From Malacoraja senta (lineage: Eukaryota), in assembly GCA_038087875.1 (NCBI GenBank), contig CM075993.1:2110001-2174000 (forward strand): a stretch of 64,000 nt of DNA. Reading direction: 5' to 3'. Below, piece by piece: positions 58,480-64,000 of this stretch. The translations under genes and the position numbers were made by a program. The notes under the pieces are model-generated. The model was not told where the DNA came from and ran no database searches. It worked only from the letters and a program-made list of their open reading frames with translations. Position 1 is the stretch's first letter; each line of letters starts with the position of its first letter.

Positions 58480-59296
58480 TAGGTCCCTACCTGGTCGGTG
58501 AGGCAGCTTTTTCTCCGGGCTGCCCCGTCGACCCGTCCTCGTGGCCTACCAGCGGGCCTGGAGCGCCGTTTCCTGGCGGGGGCCGCCCAGCAGCTCGGCT
58601 TCGGTGGCGGCACAGCGCTGGAGCGCTATCGCGGAGCCGAGCGGGCGATGCCTTGCCTGGGTCACTGGATCAACGCGCTGGCGCTCCGGTGAGCTGTGAC
58701 CGCCGAGTTCAACACCTCCGGGCTGCGGGTCTGCGGAGCGGAGCGGGCGACGCCGATTTCAACATCGGGAGCCTGGGAGCTCCAAACCGGCGCGGCCTTG
58801 TCGCCTTCGGAAGCCGCGGCCTCCGGTGAGGGAATGCGGCCGTTCCAGGTGGCCCAGCCGCTGAGAGGACCCTCCCGACGCTGGGTGAGAACGGCCAGGA
58901 ACATTGGGCCTCCGTAGAGGCAATAGCGGAGGCCTCAATAGGCCTGACTTTGGGAGAACTGGGGATGGGGACTGGACATTGTGCCTTCCCCCACAGTGGT
59001 AACCATTGTGGGGGGATGATTTTTGTATGTAGTGTCTATTTTTAGTCTGTGTCCAAGATGGCGGTTGGAAGGGAGAGTGGACGCTGGCGCGGTTTAGCTG
59101 CCGCTGCTCTCTCTTCACATTGTGTTTCAGATTTTTTTGTGTCTTTGGATCGAATTCTGTTTTTAATTTGTGTATTGGTGATGTCTTTATAATTTATTTT
59201 ACTCCGATTATATGTTTCTTACTTGTTAAACTCTGTAAGGTGTCCTTGAGACTTGGTATAAGGTGCCCATAAATACAATTTATTATTATGATTATT
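58480..59296 (+). repeat. GC-rich interspersed repeat, followed by a CAAGATGGCGG-headed unit with an L2-like (ATT)n tail
   Basis: Homologous to 11860-12332; CAAGATGGCGG at about 59054; ends TGTAAGGTGTCCTTGAG...ATAAATACAATTTATTATTATG. Confidence 0.6.
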
Positions 59297-60494
59297 AAAT
59301 GCTTAAATAATAGCAGATGATATTTTGAAATTACATGGGTGAATGGTAGCCTCACTTGGAAAACGATTCGATTCTGCTCATGTAGAATGTTGAATGTAAT
59401 CAAGAGGGGAATAATTACCATCTGTGGCATAATTAACATTTTCTTCACCAACAGCGGAAGTGATGCTACACAAACTTTGCTCGTTCACCCTTAATGCTAT
59501 CTGGGGAGTTTAGCAATTGCAAACTTGATGTTGTTATTTTGATAAGTTTGTAACAGTGTGGTCTGTAAGGAGAATTCTTCTCTACCTCCGTACACATTGA
59601 TTCTTTTATTCTCAATGCTGCTCAATGGAAGCCTAGCCACAGAAAGGGTACAATCGTATAGGCTGGTGAATCTGTGGAATTCTTTGCCACAGAAGGCTGT
59701 GGAGGCCAAGTCTGGATATTTTCAAGGCAGAGATAGATAGATTCTTGATTAGTACGGGTGTCAGGGGTTATAGGGAGAAGGCAGGGGAATGGGGTTAGGA
59801 GGGAGAGATAGATCAGCCATGATTGAATGGCGGAGTAGACTTGATGGCTGAAGTGCAAACTCCTTACAGACAGCACCCGTGGTCAGGATCGAACCCGGGT
59901 CTCTGGCGCTGTAAGGCAGCAACTCTACCGCTATGCCACCGTGCCACCCAAGGAAGTACAACGCACAGTCAGAATACATCAATGAGGAGTAAAGGGCCTG
60001 TCCCAATGACGCGATTTTTTCGGCGACTTGCCGGCACCCACCATAGTCGCTGCAGGTTGACGAAAATGTTCAAAATGTTGAAAATCCAGCGGCGACCAGA
60101 AAAAGGTACGACTCTTTGGGCGGCTAGGTTTGGAGGGATATGGAGCAAGCGCAGGCAGGTGGGATTAGTGATGCTGGGACATGTTGGCCGGTGTGTGGCC
60201 TGTTTCCATGCTGTATCACTCTATGACTTTAAAAACACCCTTGGAATGTTTGGCCGTGGTAAAGACATGATATATTTGTATTTTAATGCTAGTACATTTG
60301 TTCCCTACTTTAACCACTTTATATATTCTAAACAAAGATATTTGCTTCCAAAATCAGGATATATTTTTACTCATCGTCTTTGTGTTACAGAACTGGGACA
60401 AATACAAGTGAAGCATCAGCTCCATCTGCTGTCCAGACAAATGATCATCCTTTACATCTCACCTTTATGACTGATAGTTCGATGTTTCCCCCTT

Positions 60495-60905
60495 ATGTCT
60501 CTCCATCCCTCCCCTCTCTCTTTCTCTCTCCCACTGTCCCTCTCACTCTCTCACTTTCCCTCCATCTCCCTTTCTCTACCATCTCTCTCTCTCTCACCCT
60601 CGCTCCATCCATCCATCCATCTCTCTCTCTCCCACTGTTCCCCTCCCTCTCTCCCCCTCATCCCCACCTCTCTCCCTCTATCTGTCACTCGCTCTTTCAT
60701 TAATACCTTTATTCTCTGGTCCCCATGTCTCTCCCCTTTCTCTCTCACACACACACACACACTCTCTTTATTAATCACCTTTATTCTCTTTCATTCTCTC
60801 TCTTTCTCTCCCTCACATTTTCACCCTCTCTTTCTCTCTTCCTCTCTCTCTCTCCCATTAGCCTCCTTCATTCTAAGGTTCTCTCTCTCTCAGTCTCCTT
60901 CTATC
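60495..60905. repeat. CT-rich low-complexity tract
   Basis: Directly visible. Confidence 0.92.
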
Positions 60906-61199
60906 CCACAGAGAACCCCTCACTGATGCAAGTTAGAGTCATCCTGGGATTAGACACAACCAGCCTGGATAGTTACAATCAATGTTTGCAGCAACAACTG
61001 AACCCTGAGCTATTTCCTGCCAACAGCTTTATCTCCCAGCTCTAGTGTGAGTGAAAAGAATAACATTTGTATTCATCTTATGCCTTGCAATTCCATTAAG
61101 CTTAAAGTAAATTTGTAATCATATATTGCTTTCCAATGACTGGCTAGCACGCAACAAAAGCTTTTCACTGTACCTCAGTAAGCGTGACAATGAGTTAAA

Positions 61200-61600
61200 G
61201 CAGGCTAAAGGTTTGTTAGCAATAGAACTGGCGTGTGATGATGCAGATAAATGTAACATCCTACCGTAATAACCTTCAATATGTCTGCTTGGTTTGGGTC
61301 ACTATCCAACATCCATCGCAACCGAAACACAATCATATCAATGAGCAGTAAAATAATCGGACTGGAGCAGGAACCACTGATCAGTATTTACAATAGAAGG
61401 ACTAAACTAAAAGGAACACAAATAGCCTCAGACACCACTCACTCACTGCACAGCCAACGCAGTCTTCTACCCTCAGGCCAGAGGTACAGGCCACTCACAT
61501 TCAGGACTAAGAGAGCCATGTCGAGTTTCGTGCCTACATCCATTAGACTCACGAATAGTTGATCTATTTATTTATTCATTTATCTATATATACATTTTTA
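61200..61600 (+). mobile_element. Rex1/Babar-type LINE 3' fragment, old
   Basis: ORF 61281..61562 AWFGSL...SKIIG...DTTHSLH...LLPSGQRYR...SFVPTSIRL. Confidence 0.7.
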
Positions 61601-61646
61601 ACATTCTTTCAATGTTTTTATTGCCTATTCTTCATGAATTAGAATC

Positions 61647-61941
61647 CACAGTCTTAGAATAAAGGGGAGGTCATTTAAGACTGAGGTGAAAAAAAACGTT
61701 TTCACCCAGAGAGTTGTGAATTTATGGAATTCCCTGCCACAGAGGGCGGTGGAGGCCAAGTCACTGGATGGATTTAAGAGAGAGTTAGATAGAGCTCTAG
61801 GGGCTAGTGGAGTCAAGGGATATGGGGAGAAGGCAGGCACGGGTTATTGATAGGGGACGATCAGCCATGATCACAATGAATGGCGGTGCTGGCTCAAAGG
61901 GCCAAATGGCCTCCTCCTGCACCTATTTTCTATGTTTCTAT
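61647..61941 (+). mobile_element. CR1-clade LINE 3' fragment
   Basis: Same subfamily as 55220-55510. Confidence 0.85.
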
Positions 61942-62116
61942 TGTGTTTTACCTACTGACCACTGTTGGATTGCTGGTTTGTGATGTGTGTGGTATATTGT
62001 GTTGTGTTGCTGGGTATGTGAACTGTACACACACTCTGATGTTCTGCACAAATGAAGTTCCTAACGGATAAATAAAGTGCATTGAATATCCTTCTATAAA
62101 CGATTCCCCAGTTTCT

Positions 62117-62211
62117 GAGTCTGAAGAAAGATCTCGACCTAAATCGTCACCTATTCCTTCTCTCCAGAGATGCTGCCCGTCCCGCTGAGTTACTCCAGCA
62201 TGTTGTGTCCA
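62117..62211 (+). mobile_element. Solo Penelope-derived short element with 12-bp target duplication
   Basis: TCCCCAGTTTCT at 62105-62116 and 62212-62223; the insert begins GAGTCTGAAGAAAG. Confidence 0.75.
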
Positions 62212-64000
62212 TCCCCAGTTTCTTATCCAGGCTCACTCTTAAATTGTTCATGTAATCAATCCCTGCTCCTCACCACACAGTTACTGCATTAGTTTATCCA
62301 CACATTTACCCCCTCTGTACAGATAAGTTTAAAAAAAACTCTCCCACAAAATTCTAGCATCATTATATTCTGTCAAACTATTGCATGTTACTCAACTGTC
62401 CAAAAAGAGCTGTATAAATGGAAGACTCTTAGTACACAGAGGTTGCCATTTGGCCCATTGCTTCAAATACTAACCCTTTGAACAGACCTGCACAATCAGT
62501 CCCATACATAGAGTCATGGAGTCATATGCAGCATGGAAACAGGCCCTTCGGCCCAACGCTGAACAAGATGCCCCATCTACACGAGTCCCACCAGCCTGCG
62601 TTTGGCCCATATCACCATAAACCTTTCCTATCCGTGTTGGAGTTTGGGTTGAGTTTAATGTCTCGTGTTCCGAGGTACAGTGAAAAGCCTTTGTTGCGTG
62701 CTAACCTGTCAGTGGAATGACAATACACGGTTACATTTGAGCCATCCACAGTGTACGGATACATGACAAAGGGAATAAGGTGAATAACATTTAGCGCAAG
62801 ATAAAGCCAGTAAAGTCCAATCAAGGAAAGCGTGAGGGTCTCCAATGAGGTAGCTCCAATATTCCTGCCCAAATGTCCCTTCTATGTTGTTCTAGTGCCT
62901 GCCTCAACTACCTCCTCTGACAGTTCATTCCATGCATCCATTACCATGTGTGTGAAAATATTGTCCCTCAGATTCCTATTAAATCTTGCCACTCTCACCT
63001 TAAACCAAGGTCCACTGGCTCTTGATTCCCCGTCTTCAAGGAAGAGTTAGATTTAGCGGTTTTCAAGAAAGAGTTAGATTTAACTGTTTTCAAGAGTTAG
63101 ATTTAGCTCTTAGGGCTAATGGAATTAAGGGATATGGGGAAAAAGCAGGAACGGGGTACTGATTTTGGATGATCAGCCTTGATCATATTGAATGGCAGTG
63201 CTGGCTCGAAGGGCCGAATGGCCTACATCCTGCATCTATTTTCTATGTTTCTATTCGGGGTAAATAAAAAGACACTGTGCATCTACCCGATCTATTCCCC
63301 TCAAGATCTTATACACCTCTATAAGATCACCCCTCATCCTCCTGCACTCAGAGGAATGATGTCCTAGCCTGCCCAACCCTCTCCTTGCAGTTCAGGCCCT
63401 CAAGTCCTGGCAACATCTAGTTAAACCTTCACTGCACTCTCCTCTTGGCCCCAGCATCCCTTTCCATTGAAGCTTGTAATCAATTCCCTGTTGAAGGCGA
63501 CTTGCAGGCAATGCTTTGTAGATCACGAAAAATGCATTTACCTCCAGTTACGCTGTAAATATTCCCAATTGCCACGCTCGAAAAGCTAATCCTATGATCA
63601 GTCAACCAACTGTTGACGGAGCTGCCGACTGTGTATTCGTGTTCATTCCAACTGAATTAGCTGCTCAGTCCAGAATCGGCACTGAAGTGAAGCGATGGGG
63701 AAGGTTCCACATCCAGAGAGGTTCAGCCACTTAGTTCCAGCATTGGTCAGAGACAGACTCACGGTTTATCCTGCATTCACATCACCACAATGGATGTCTT
63801 TCCTTCTGTAAACCCTGGAGTCTGTCTGCTTGTAAGTCTGAAATGTTCCACTGATCCAAACCCTATAGGTGACCTGAAACGTCACCCATTCCTTCTCTCC
63901 AGAGATGCTGCCGGTCCCGCTGAGTTACTCCAGCACTTTGTGTCTGTCTTGGGTGTAAACCAGCATCTGCAGTTCCTTCCTACACGTGGGAATTTCAGGC

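Noticed and set aside
59823..60470. 215-aa ORF
   Set aside because: A chance read-through across CR1, SINE, MITE and unique fragments.

Overview
Eukaryotic, repeat-dense vertebrate genomic DNA. The repeat complement (HE1/V-SINE-like tRNA SINEs, CR1/HER1-like LINE 3' ends, Neptune-type Penelope elements) suggests a cartilaginous fish, probably a skate or ray; this is inference. One protein-coding gene is supported: LOXL1 on the minus strand, complement(join(8173..8179,8740..8855,9561..9656,11150..11306,20729..20866,[exon 2 not seen],25349..26408)). All visible junctions are GT-AG and exon sizes are LOX-family-typical. The expected 109-nt exon 2 is absent from the visible sequence, and a 200-N gap (21322-21521) lies where it should be. 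The rest is intronic or intergenic and dominated by mobile-element fragments. The most notable structure is a very abundant Penelope-derived short element with a minimal hammerhead ribozyme core (CUGAAGA-A-stem II-GAAACGUH). It occurs as ~100-nt solo insertions with 10-16 bp target duplications, as foldback dimers and as tandem arrays. Also present: about 15 PIF/Harbinger-type MITEs with shared TIRs and TWA target duplications, a hAT composite that carries a SINE, an L1-type poly(A) insertion, local templated insertions and a ~150-bp palindrome. Repeat boundaries were read by eye and are approximate unless a TSD or TIR is quoted.
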